A stretch of 64,000 nt of DNA from contig CM097884.1 of the NCBI GenBank assembly GCA_044892505.1, positions 135,284,001-135,348,000 of the forward strand, read 5' to 3'. Below are positions 35,601 through 43,876 of the stretch, in pieces. The notes under the pieces were generated by a model. The model did no database searches and had not been told where the DNA came from. It was given only the letters and a program-made list of their open reading frames with translations. This stretch comes from Schmidtea nova (Eukaryota). Numbering within the stretch: the first letter of the stretch is position 1; the number at the start of each line of letters is the position of its first letter. The translations under genes were made by a program, and so were the position numbers.

Positions 35601-38600
35601 AGTATATACCCGATAATTCCAGAAGACTGCAAAGTAAAACGAGGCGGAAGCGTAAACTCGTTAGAAGACACGCATACGATAGCGGTTATGTCCACAAATA
35701 TGGGACCGATTTTAACAACAACTGTAGAAATAAACGGAAGAGAAATTGAAGCTATGATCGATACAGGCGCGAATATTTCGGCGATCGACATTAATCATAT
35801 ACCAGAGAAAAATCAAGGAGAAATCGAGAAGACGAATGTTCATGTAATCGCGTGCAGTCAAGAGACAGTAGAAGTAGCCGGAAGATGGTTTGTAAAAATT
35901 AAGCATCGAGGTGCAGAAATCAACACGTACATCGCTGTAATACCATCGCTGAGTGTACCATGTATTATTGGAACTGACCTGATGCCAGACCTGTTCAAGG
36001 AAATCGTAATTGATCTAGGAGCAATGAAGCTGAAAGATAGAACAGGAAAAATCTGCAGAATGAAAGTTAAAGTGGCAAGTGCAGGACAAATAGTAGTGCC
36101 AGCGAGGCACGAAATGATGTGCTATGTCAAGATCGATTCGACAATAAAGGGAGACATGATATTCGAACCAAGTAAGAAGTTCGAAGCGAAGAAGGAATTA
36201 CAAATGGCAAGAGAATTGGTCACGATAAACCAAGAAGGAGAAATACCGATTAATCTGGTAAACTTCGACGAAGAGGACAAGATAATATACGAGAATGAGA
36301 ATTTGGGTAAATTAACACCCATGTCCGAAATCGAAATACCAGATAAGAATGAGAAAAGCAAAGACGAGTTACCATGGAAAATCGACAGTGTGTTGTTAGA
36401 CGAACGACAAAAAGAACAGTTACAGAAACTGTTGATGGAATATAAAGATATATTCGCAGCATCAGATTTAGATCTGGGAACATGTGATGTAACATTACAC
36501 ACGATACCGTTGACGGACGAAACGCCAATCGTATTACGACCATACAAACTGGCAGAAGCTCAAAAAGCAGTGGCAGAAGAAGAGGTACAAAAGATGTTAG
36601 ATGCAGAGGTCATCGAACCTAGTTGCTCACCCTGGCAATTCCCGGTGGTGATGGTGAAAAAGAAGGATGGAACTCAAAGATTCTGTATCGATTACAGACG
36701 ATTAAATGCCGTTACGAAAAGAGATACGTACCCACTGCCAGACATAAATGAAATGTTGTTGACGTTACAAGGAGCAGCCTATTTCACGTCACTGGATTTA
36801 AAGAGCGGATATTGGCAGATCAAAATGAAAGACGAGGATAAAGAGAAGACAGCATTTACAATCGGACGAGATCTGTACCAATTCAAGAAAATGCCGTTTG
36901 GGTTAACAAACGCGCCAGCATCATTCCAGAGATGCATGAATTTCGTAACACATGGCATAAAACAATGCATGGTGTATATCGACGATCTATTGATCTACTC
37001 CGCAACATTCGAAGACCACTTGCAAGACATCAGAAATGTGTTCGTGAAATTAAGGCAATGGAAGCTGAAATTGAAGCCGTCAAAGTGCGATTGGGCAAAA
37101 GATAAAGTGACATTCTTAGGTCACATTGTATCAGCAAAAGGAAAAGAACCAGATCCAAGAAATATCGAGAAAGTTAAAGAATGTCCACCACCCAAGACAG
37201 TAACTCAAATACAAGAATTTTTGGGATTGTGTGGATATTATCGAAAGTTTATCAAGGACTATGCAGGAATATCAAAGCCAATGCAAGAATTAGTAAGACA
37301 AGACGTGTCGTTTGTGTGGGGAGCAGAACAGCAAGCAGCATTTGAGACATTACGAGACAAGCTGATTACAGCGCCAATATTAGTCCATCCAGATTTTAAG
37401 AAGCCATTTCTGTTGGCAACAGACGCAAGTGGATACGCAGCAGGAGCAGTACTAGGCCAATTCGATGAAGAAGGCAAAGAGAGAGTAATTGGGTACTACA
37501 GTCGAACATTCAGGAAACATGAAAAGAATTACTCAGTCACGGAAAGAGAAGCCTATGCGATAATATTGGCAATCAAGCATTTCAAATACCTGTTGTGGGG
37601 TCATGAAATATATATCACGACGGATCATCAACCATTGGTATGGTTAGGTCAACATAAAGAATCATCAAGTAGATTGATGCGTTGGGCGATGCAGTTGCAA
37701 GAATACTCGCCATTCATAAAGTTTAAAGCAGGAAAAGCAAACGCAAACGCGGATTGCATGTCAAGGTTTACATTTCCGGAATTGGTGAACCTAAATGCTC
37801 TAAAAATATGTGCATTAATAGCGGAGGATCTGGATTTCAGCGAATTAAGGAAAGATCAACTCGAAGATGAGGAGTTGGGATTGATCAGCAAGTATCTGAA
37901 AGAAAGGGAAATGGAGATATTCGGCAAGAACCAAACGTTACGCGAACATATGCAGAAATATCAGCACCGATATGTGATGGAAAAAGGATGGTTATTGATA
38001 CAAGATGGAGAACGAAGATTAATGTGCTTACCTGCGAATAGGCGAAAGGAAATCATGACTCAATATCATGACGGAAAATTAGGCGGACATATGTCAGCGA
38101 AAAAGACAATCGGGAGATTGAGACAAAAGTATTTTTGGCCAACCATGGAAGATGATGTGAAAGAATGGATAAAGAACTGCTTAACCTGTGCGACAAGAAA
38201 GAACGTCGGAACAAAGTGGAAAACACCACTAAAACCAATGCCAATACCTGCAGAACCGATGGCAACGATAGCAATGGACGTAGTTGGACCATTGCCGGAA
38301 AGCTTAAAGGGGAATCAGTATATCTTAGTAGTTACGGACTATCTAACAAAGTTCCCAGAAGCATTCGCAATACCAGATCAAAAAGCAAAAACAGTCGCGA
38401 GAATATTGGTAGAAGAGATATGCTGCAGATACGGAACACCCAAGAAAATCCTAACGGACCAAGGAACGAACTTCATGAGTGAAATATTAGACGAAGTCAC
38501 GAATTACTTCCGAATTGCGAAATTACGAACATCCCCATACCATCCGCAAACGAACGGTCAAACAGAAAGGTTCAATGGAACATTGATACGCATGTTGTCA

Positions 38601-41600
38601 AATTACGTCAGTAAACATCAGACTGACTGGGACGAGTATATCAACTTGTGTTTAATGGCATATAGAATGTCAATACATGCGGCAACAAAGCTAAGTCCAT
38701 TTCAACTGATGTACGGAAGAGACTGCAACTTACCGATCGATTTAGAATACCAACCACCATTATCACAGTACATGGAGGTTGACGATTACGTGACGAAGTT
38801 CAAAGAAAGAATGCAAGAGATCTGGAAAACGGCGGAACTAAACATCAAGTTCTATCAAGAGAGTTACAAGGATCTGCATGACCAGAAAAAGAATGTGAAA
38901 GCACATGATTTAAAAGTTGGAGATTGGGTGATAATCGAAACACCAGAGATAATACCCGGTACGGTCAAGAAACTCCAACGACCAGGCAAAGGGCCATACG
39001 AAATAACAACAGTAAATGAAAACAATGTGCGAGTACGATTGGTGAACAATCCATTGGTAAGACCAATATACGTGAATGCATGTCGATGCAGGAAAATACC
39101 AAAGACAGCAACTCTATCACCAGAGAAACGGGTGATGACAAGATCACAGACGGCGAGAATTAGTATGTTACGAGTACAACAAAAGCCGCAAACAAGTCTA
39201 GAAGACAACCGAAGAGAAGTAATAGACATCAAAGAACTGGCAAAGAGGACCAGAGAAATTATACCAGAATGGAAATGGTGGTTCGATTTCAATATATTGA
39301 CAGAAGTTCGAAAGAATGTAATGGACTATGCTAAGGATAGAACAGCACATCCAATAACAAGGACGCTGCTAGAGGAGATCCCTCAGACATTGAATCTACA
39401 AGACAAAGATGGTAATACCGCGTTACATAATGCAATCAAGCACAGTGGAAACGAAAAAGTGAAAGAGATCGTGGAAATGATACTCGAAGGTGGAGGAGAA
39501 ATTGACAAAGTGAATTGGGAAGGAATCACTCCACTGATGATGATGACGATTCACGGAAGAAACGATGAAATAATCAAGCTATTCGGAAACACCAGATCGA
39601 ATTGGATGACAAAAGATAAAGAAGGGCGAACTTTCTTGAATCATGCAATTGATAGAGCAAATCACCGAATACTGAAGTATATCACGGAGAATGCCACGTG
39701 GGAAATCGACGAACTAACTAGAGGATCGATCATGAAACAAGCAATCGGGGTAAAGAACAGTAAAACCTGGAGGATATTGCTAAAATGGAAACGACCAGAA
39801 GGAGATTCGTGGATCATGGATTGTAATGAAGTGTTCATAAAGGGAGAAAATGCGCTACTGAAACATCTATTAGAAGTAACATACGATCCAAAAACACTTG
39901 CAGTGTTGATAGCGAGAGATACGCTACGGGTTAGTGAAAACCCAAGAGAATACAAGTTGGAAGACAGAAAGAAGGAACTATTCGGATTAATCAAGAAATG
40001 GTGCGATAAGCAATGGAATCCGGATATGAGCTTCGAACATTTCTATGACATCCAAAAGCAGCACAAAGAAATAAGCAAACGATATAAAGAGCTGGTGGAA
40101 GCATTGAAGTATGGACAATTCTTCAGACAAGCAGTGTATCAAGACCAACGAATGAAACAGATGCAAACGCGAATAAGAAGCAAAGCAGTGTTGTTCAATG
40201 CAAAAGCTGATTATCAAGAGAGATTAGACGCAATCGTAGCAAAAGCACAGGAGAAATTATCGGAATTCAAGGAGAATAAAAAATCGCTAGAAATACTAGG
40301 AGCAATTACAGAGAAAGTGCACAGATATGCACAAGGAGACTCTAACGAGAGTGACATGGAAACGATCAAAAATCAAATGCCTGTAGCATTCCTATTATCG
40401 AAGAATGGGAGATTGCCGATACATTGGGCATTACGTCGAAAGAAAGAAAACGAAGTGCTAGAAATAACGAAAGCAATGGTCAAGTGCGAAGCAGACATGA
40501 ATACGGTTGATGGTAATGGAGATACAATCATGATAATCGCAGCAAGGAAGAAGACGAAGTTGAAAGTGCTAAATGAATTATACGAAGCAGGAGCAAAAAT
40601 CGAAGGGAAAAATGGAAAGAATAATTCCATCATAGATATCGCAATACAGTGGAACAATTTCGAGATGATCAAGTTCATAAAGTCCATCAAGAGACAAGAG
40701 GACATAGAATACCTGGCAAATAACGTAAAGAATTTCAGTTTGACAGTAATGATACACGACATAGAGAAAACAAGAGCATTAATAACATGGGTGAATCCGA
40801 TCACCAAGGAACCGGCTTTCAAGATCAATGACCATATGGAACAGAATCAGAATTGGTGTATCAGAAGCGCGTTATTAAGACACAAAAAGCCAGAGATAGT
40901 AGAAGAATTCTTAAAGAGAAGAGATTTGAAGTTCACGAACAATCCAAAGGAACCCGAACGAACGGGAAGATGGAAAAACTTGTTCAGAAAATATGTGAAT
41001 GAATGGACAAATGCCAAAGGAGCAATCAAGCAAAGTAGACTAGAAGACAGGGAACCATCCAAGGAGATGGAAATACGTGAATTCGAGTCTAGCACACTCG
41101 CGGTTCAAACGTATGAAAGATTGATTGAAGAAATTAATGTCGAGGACGACATTTCGAAAGGACCAGGGGGTGGTTACAGAGATTTCGACGACAAAAGCAA
41201 CAACGAAGAGAACAACGAAGACAATGACAACAAAAGAACAGAGGATAATGAAAAAGAAAGACAAGAAGAACCGAAACCAACGAGAAACGACAAGAAAGGG
41301 GAAGCCGAAGAACGAGAAAACAGTGGAACAAAAGACGAACATGCGAACTATGGAAAACGAACAGGAAGTCTACTTTTGAGACCAGAAATGTTGTGTATTG
41401 CGATATTGATAACAATCATCGGACAAGGAGAAGCCAAGAAACAATACGTCACGCTAGAGATAATCAGAGGAAAGGAAGTATACGAAAGAATATGCTGGAA
41501 AGAAAACCTGAAGAAAAACGATACGCTGAAGTGTATATTGTCAGATCTAAAGCGAGACGTCATCCAAATCAAAGGATTGGAGAAAGAAAAGTCATACATA

Positions 41601-43313
41601 ATATGCGCAATAAAGCAGAGAGGAGAACCAAAAGCACCTCAGGTAACTGCATGTCAATTATATAAAGCAACAGAAGCGCTGAAAATACAGAAATGGATTG
41701 AGAAAAGAAGCGAAGAGACAACGAGAAGAACAGAAGTGGAATTGGAGAAAGGGAAGAATCAATCTGAAGCAGAAGAAGGAATCGGAAACCGAACGGAGAA
41801 AGAAAGAATAACCAAAAATTCAGCGGGAAAATTAACATTCCAACCGGAATTGATATGTGTAGCATTAATATTAATCCTCATTAAGAGAATCATGGAGGAC
41901 ATAGATATTAGCGTAATGACGTTAGTAAATATCCAAGACCAACGAACAACGAACGGAAGATGTTGGGGACGAAACAATGAGGTAATTGGAATCAGCGAAA
42001 CAAGAGAAAGTCGAGAGACAGAGACAAATGAGGAAATCGAGATAACCGAAATGGAAACAGAGAAAACATGTGAACTATGCCTCATGGAAAAAGCAGCAAA
42101 CGGAAACAGACCAGGAACAAGCGAGTGTAAAGTGTTCCAAGCAAAGGAGATAATTGAGTTCCCAAAAAGAAAGAAACAAGATCAAGAAACGATTGCGAAT
42201 GAAGTAGTAACAGTGGAGATAAAAAACATTGGTCGGAGAACAATTGGGATGTGTTGGAGAAAATACATCGGAGTACCGACCAACAACATAATACCGCAAT
42301 GCAGAACGAGAGAACGAGGAATCCCGTTTCAACTAAATGGATTCGAAGTCGGACAAACCTACGAAATTTGCGTAATTCGAAGAATAAGAGAAATAATACT
42401 AAGAAGCCTGGAGTGCAAACTGTACAAGACGCCAGAGCAAATTAACGGAACAAGAACGATCGAAATGGGAGGAAGTCGACAGAGGAAAAGAAAGTCAAGA
42501 AGAACCACGACAACAAACAGTCAAGGAGTTCAACAGGCAACAACGGAAAGAACGACAATAGAAAACGAACCGGAATCAACAACGCTGATAATATGGAAGA
42601 TCCATAAAAAGGTCCTAGAAATCTGTTGGACACTAATGCCGAACAGTATGGGAAAGTCCCCACGAAACTGTCAAAAGACATCAAATGATAAAGGAGAAAT
42701 AATCGAGGTAGAAATGAGGAAGTTGAAAACAAACGCAGAGTACGAAGTGTGTGCAATCGAAGAAGTAGATGCACAAGGAAATCCACAAGAAAGGTGCGAA
42801 ACCTATTACACGCCAAGGAACACGACGATAAAGAGGAGAATCAAAAAGTTAGAATTCCGAGAATTGAGTCAGAAGAGAGAACAAAACGAGAAGGAAGAAA
42901 CAATACCAAATCAACAAGAAAGATGGGAACCAGAGAAAGTGATTGAAGAAGTTAGACGGAGACAACAACAATATGAACAATGGGAAGCAGAATGGAAAGG
43001 TCAATATGGCGTGATGATAAACCAAAGTGAGACTCCAAGAATGAGCATTGGAAAAACAGTAATGGGATTAATCAGCATGGGAGTATTCATAGCGTGTATA
43101 CCGCTGATAACGATCATGATAGTATGTTGGAGATATGGCATGAGAAATAAGACCATAGCAGTAAAATGGCCGGACGTAAAGGTCACGAACTACAACATAA
43201 AACTACCAAAAGAAGTACGAGAAGAGCTGAAAAGACGATCGAAACACGAAGAGATGTGGGTACAGATCGAAGACGAGGAACTGTACGAAGGAAAACCAGT
43301 GATAGTCGTATAG
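29640..43313 (+). CDS. pol: 4,557-aa polyprotein: accessory domains, glycoprotein, PR, RT, RNase H, IN, ankyrins, FN3-like membrane domain
   Basis: Uninterrupted 13.7-kb ORF (frame open from 29508); DTGA 35760, YIDD 36975, TDAS RNase H, HHCC plus DDE integrase, GPY motif. Confidence 0.96.
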   Translation: MMRAMMEEKQQDESDELEVKEKRNEEQKQEEVSQEVETTEQNQKVEEVEKETETEKETGKETNQEEGVRIKQRGMLVIMPNDHVFRFKYDVKEEVGRLFNKVNEMIPGVTKLPREAFLQTEDLPEVKLKMTDIWEDMGVTETKINVMIIREVEPEKIPPPVKHQTRISRIFKGKIRRRRLEEIEELEKRMGKAEITGNENELIQEVSKNEARPTAHIGMLRHPRQELSDEEDDSEVSSLAGDMLKEPENEDKKMEVVETIEMMSVKEEEIQKLMDNALEVIHNEEFIDGKRYRKFIRAVWQMKYKEWLQEREVRVIQEFIEKLLKEPLNEYVIQIWINECSPRIWIRNPMTDGIYRWVEDRLGSSYKDKFIYSGNGLVRKGTHMIDTGIWPGEITTLSICNTKKEENLQGIVKEANTCYEMRIKPQLVEAKERILAENLNTMIEQIIQQIKKHRKELTKNEYENLKQCIENIRDTSQTRHSNFKTDKLIAKMGKEMFKRGEVSDLKITVRLPNEETRQIEVIPDSKVGEIVEVINETILQREREDEFEDDIAIKYKEHLLNERDERRAYKIGIWDNFQTIHVIRMDDVPRATPRDEERKKKRQEDVMRKLRQIVEIYRNWQMKPEWETILGELDLNRRRLTPVEKQWDNKEKRWKVKRGVYEEDPEGEDRYETNTKRICMVTRRILPTDLDGPETAVIWAELEKQKTSELIELLRGNTRGKRQTKKGLAQFIISNGEDITNLRKVAKAIAEYKRVNEWCPEQLDEVIKKWRNKEFTEETPQKIHLRIMYPNQRKEEFWVMLTEKVKSVKEKLMYELPFHLQHQGRSLDNNLEIWLTPVQLDLMNTLTVAQIVGQPLKFKEEKKAKGSMSTPSPMKSTTTPGTSSGQARTTPIKTRERTPPEAYDVDEILTDSDEAIEELTKLTQKPTANIFDRIIEMPITSPAEIDDQGVEQEVVIEMVNDSEDEQEQPQFTQEMERWLEQRANEGRDVTEETGRAARFVETGTGMEKRPRGRPKIDLATTIPKTREERRQEQWEICLKKLDKIAEIRGKEENQVCQGEEWLTKTIMDVLAIIDPDLKNLWRINEPSTKAKMLHNAIAPIMPELIKAKTKSNHLDWQGTTMLIKGLLNGAETDSKYLVAISYTIYNLLTLSRGSPKSSPMGRHIKNTAMIIEKEIEPYILRKGGWEKFIKENQTKEGSNVMRKKLEGVLREMENRQTMQGNGRSTLNLNSIIMMMLVWLLSTEGVTTFEVFDCDQMKLGEKYSLRGTEQCKDATPVELKEIKKEQWYHVYQEAELIKTMVNECKVQKTRFAFYCGRGHYSAIVMPGTEREPIVLQGEDCEALFKHGEVTTRDKIKIKGKPGMMLQQTYYVAGRITGGEGYCQGETYPIFGVPATNLVVMDTYIVELKSYEAFFEPTTGEMKTLSMCKIDRSMCQTGMSTLVYKPKVNECQLQLLQGAKFDEIQGKTFQEEDDDDKARAKHLKEALENKRQLKSEQREKRIEMRTTPTVLITTNQDVGMRFIKGKATLKCSTTVYETNYPGIYVSKQEVPNAKPKIDTMDIKLHLYVNNKMDFLFHRGQASLQKVYYDLINNDCILNREILKTKLAVAITNPDSAMPLLPLREGHFGRVVGEAMYVYICEKTHASLAATTQLKPGQCTNELEIDYKGKVRYVQPVTRIINPPGFEPNPFNCSNAYGPLYQKPDGKWVMFPGRTEVLAPREFELMQLSKDRQFSDVDVSNNGIYSPKDLEAARQNILFPARREALLSNIVTITGGTNYREGPNYELLLSPAHFKKATENMMKAMWGRFLIFGQMMAGILGVILIIQIVRVIITQMLACFDIYKREKKVNWKMVVGFLPFLAKTMVLHGHSKDIHRIKRLLKILAKMRGTNEDVGRKFKKIMQDEQARRQLKKERKGLWERVKGYRTQDDSSNDDDDDDDQGGQANINQIPQYNEKSAVENWRYSAPPQSMYNEPIYKAKPNMMQMMPMTSIYPIIPEDCKVKRGGSVNSLEDTHTIAVMSTNMGPILTTTVEINGREIEAMIDTGANISAIDINHIPEKNQGEIEKTNVHVIACSQETVEVAGRWFVKIKHRGAEINTYIAVIPSLSVPCIIGTDLMPDLFKEIVIDLGAMKLKDRTGKICRMKVKVASAGQIVVPARHEMMCYVKIDSTIKGDMIFEPSKKFEAKKELQMARELVTINQEGEIPINLVNFDEEDKIIYENENLGKLTPMSEIEIPDKNEKSKDELPWKIDSVLLDERQKEQLQKLLMEYKDIFAASDLDLGTCDVTLHTIPLTDETPIVLRPYKLAEAQKAVAEEEVQKMLDAEVIEPSCSPWQFPVVMVKKKDGTQRFCIDYRRLNAVTKRDTYPLPDINEMLLTLQGAAYFTSLDLKSGYWQIKMKDEDKEKTAFTIGRDLYQFKKMPFGLTNAPASFQRCMNFVTHGIKQCMVYIDDLLIYSATFEDHLQDIRNVFVKLRQWKLKLKPSKCDWAKDKVTFLGHIVSAKGKEPDPRNIEKVKECPPPKTVTQIQEFLGLCGYYRKFIKDYAGISKPMQELVRQDVSFVWGAEQQAAFETLRDKLITAPILVHPDFKKPFLLATDASGYAAGAVLGQFDEEGKERVIGYYSRTFRKHEKNYSVTEREAYAIILAIKHFKYLLWGHEIYITTDHQPLVWLGQHKESSSRLMRWAMQLQEYSPFIKFKAGKANANADCMSRFTFPELVNLNALKICALIAEDLDFSELRKDQLEDEELGLISKYLKEREMEIFGKNQTLREHMQKYQHRYVMEKGWLLIQDGERRLMCLPANRRKEIMTQYHDGKLGGHMSAKKTIGRLRQKYFWPTMEDDVKEWIKNCLTCATRKNVGTKWKTPLKPMPIPAEPMATIAMDVVGPLPESLKGNQYILVVTDYLTKFPEAFAIPDQKAKTVARILVEEICCRYGTPKKILTDQGTNFMSEILDEVTNYFRIAKLRTSPYHPQTNGQTERFNGTLIRMLSNYVSKHQTDWDEYINLCLMAYRMSIHAATKLSPFQLMYGRDCNLPIDLEYQPPLSQYMEVDDYVTKFKERMQEIWKTAELNIKFYQESYKDLHDQKKNVKAHDLKVGDWVIIETPEIIPGTVKKLQRPGKGPYEITTVNENNVRVRLVNNPLVRPIYVNACRCRKIPKTATLSPEKRVMTRSQTARISMLRVQQKPQTSLEDNRREVIDIKELAKRTREIIPEWKWWFDFNILTEVRKNVMDYAKDRTAHPITRTLLEEIPQTLNLQDKDGNTALHNAIKHSGNEKVKEIVEMILEGGGEIDKVNWEGITPLMMMTIHGRNDEIIKLFGNTRSNWMTKDKEGRTFLNHAIDRANHRILKYITENATWEIDELTRGSIMKQAIGVKNSKTWRILLKWKRPEGDSWIMDCNEVFIKGENALLKHLLEVTYDPKTLAVLIARDTLRVSENPREYKLEDRKKELFGLIKKWCDKQWNPDMSFEHFYDIQKQHKEISKRYKELVEALKYGQFFRQAVYQDQRMKQMQTRIRSKAVLFNAKADYQERLDAIVAKAQEKLSEFKENKKSLEILGAITEKVHRYAQGDSNESDMETIKNQMPVAFLLSKNGRLPIHWALRRKKENEVLEITKAMVKCEADMNTVDGNGDTIMIIAARKKTKLKVLNELYEAGAKIEGKNGKNNSIIDIAIQWNNFEMIKFIKSIKRQEDIEYLANNVKNFSLTVMIHDIEKTRALITWVNPITKEPAFKINDHMEQNQNWCIRSALLRHKKPEIVEEFLKRRDLKFTNNPKEPERTGRWKNLFRKYVNEWTNAKGAIKQSRLEDREPSKEMEIREFESSTLAVQTYERLIEEINVEDDISKGPGGGYRDFDDKSNNEENNEDNDNKRTEDNEKERQEEPKPTRNDKKGEAEERENSGTKDEHANYGKRTGSLLLRPEMLCIAILITIIGQGEAKKQYVTLEIIRGKEVYERICWKENLKKNDTLKCILSDLKRDVIQIKGLEKEKSYIICAIKQRGEPKAPQVTACQLYKATEALKIQKWIEKRSEETTRRTEVELEKGKNQSEAEEGIGNRTEKERITKNSAGKLTFQPELICVALILILIKRIMEDIDISVMTLVNIQDQRTTNGRCWGRNNEVIGISETRESRETETNEEIEITEMETEKTCELCLMEKAANGNRPGTSECKVFQAKEIIEFPKRKKQDQETIANEVVTVEIKNIGRRTIGMCWRKYIGVPTNNIIPQCRTRERGIPFQLNGFEVGQTYEICVIRRIREIILRSLECKLYKTPEQINGTRTIEMGGSRQRKRKSRRTTTTNSQGVQQATTERTTIENEPESTTLIIWKIHKKVLEICWTLMPNSMGKSPRNCQKTSNDKGEIIEVEMRKLKTNAEYEVCAIEEVDAQGNPQERCETYYTPRNTTIKRRIKKLEFRELSQKREQNEKEETIPNQQERWEPEKVIEEVRRRQQQYEQWEAEWKGQYGVMINQSETPRMSIGKTVMGLISMGVFIACIPLITIMIVCWRYGMRNKTIAVKWPDVKVTNYNIKLPKEVREELKRRSKHEEMWVQIEDEELYEGKPVIVV
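32738..33215 (+). other. Bcl-2-like domain within the polyprotein
   Basis: IEKEIEPYILRKGGWEKFI resembles BH2 (Bcl-xL LNDHLEPWIQENGGWDTFV); weaker BH3-like LKKLDKIAE and BH1-like ELI...LDWQGT in the expected order. Confidence 0.55.
33321..35250 (+). other. Chuvirus-like fusion glycoprotein domain
   Basis: Signal-like SIIMMMLVWLLSTEG; FDC...YSL...EQC, ECKV...R...YCG..H, YVNNK, NDCILNR, FGRVVGEAMYVYIC Cys pattern; C-terminal TM GILGVILIIQIVRVII. Confidence 0.8.
35700..36030 (+). other. Aspartic protease domain
   Basis: INGREIEAMIDTGANISAI ... CIIGTDLM. Confidence 0.9.
36550..37790 (+). other. Ty3/Gypsy-type reverse transcriptase plus RNase H
   Basis: SPW..PVVMVKKKDG..RFCIDYRRLN, LDLKSGYWQI, MPFGLTNAPASFQR, YIDD; LATDAS...ERE...TDHQPL...NADCMSR. 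Confidence 0.95.
38040..39080 (+). other. Integrase
   Basis: YHDGKLGGH...CLTC; AMDVVG, TDQGTNF, TERFNGTL; C-terminal GPY module. Confidence 0.95.
39390..40690 (+). other. Two ankyrin-repeat clusters (~39390-39700 and ~40400-40690)
   Basis: NLQDKDGNTALHNAI, NWEGITPLM, KDKEGRTFLNHAI; KNGRLPIHWAL, ADMNTVDGNGDTIMIIA, GAKIEGKNGKNNSIIDIA. Confidence 0.8.
41382..43313 (+). other. C-terminal membrane module: hydrophobic leader(s), four FN3-like Cys-containing repeats, TM, short tail
   Basis: Four repeats of [xCW ... I/L..L....Y.(I/V)C ... C..(Y/F)]; TM GLISMGVFIACIPLITIMIVCW at ~43060-43135. Confidence 0.55.
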
Positions 43314-43435
43314 AGGGTGGAATATGAGTGTAAATAGTAGTGTAAAAACCAATGCATAACCGTATACGTATGGGTATAAATATTATAAAACATAAAAACA
43401 GAAAAAGAGAATGATGTATATAATCTAGAAAAACG

Positions 43436-43786
43436 ATGAATCAAGGAACCACAGAGATGTCGATGATGACAAGATGGAAAGTACAATGTGACCTGCTAGC
43501 CAGAACAGTAAATGAATTACAGAGCCAGTTGACGGCAAAAACGCAATTATTAACCGAGAGTTATAACTGTAATTTCGAAGCAATGAACAAAATCGAGATT
43601 CAACAACTACAGATAAACGAATTACAGAACGAGAACCGAACATTGAATGAAGTGAACAACTGGCAAGCAGAAGAAATTGACAGATTAACGAGACATGAAG
43701 AGGAAGAGATACCAGATAGTTGGACGAGCTGGATTGTAAATGAGATAGACGTGTATCCAGAGCCAGATTCAACTGAGGATGTATAG
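43436..43786 (+). CDS. Small coiled-coil protein with acidic tail (116 aa)
   Basis: Co-oriented ORF with the element's A-rich codon style; heptad-like Q/L/E-rich segment. Confidence 0.6.
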   Translation: MNQGTTEMSMMTRWKVQCDLLARTVNELQSQLTAKTQLLTESYNCNFEAMNKIEIQQLQINELQNENRTLNEVNNWQAEEIDRLTRHEEEEIPDSWTSWIVNEIDVYPEPDSTEDV

Positions 43787-43876
43787 TGAATAAGCGGAAA
43801 ATTGTGTAAATACGTGTAAATAAAGAACCAGAAAAAATCAAAAATATGGGGCAATTGATGTAAATATTGTTGTAGA

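Noticed and set aside
36060-36330. Functional dUTPase between PR and RT
   Set aside because: Only a loose beta-rich spacer; the conserved dUTPase motifs are not recognisable
39080-39390. Chromodomain after the integrase
   Set aside because: No chromodomain pattern (Y.VE.I...YLVKW.G) is visible
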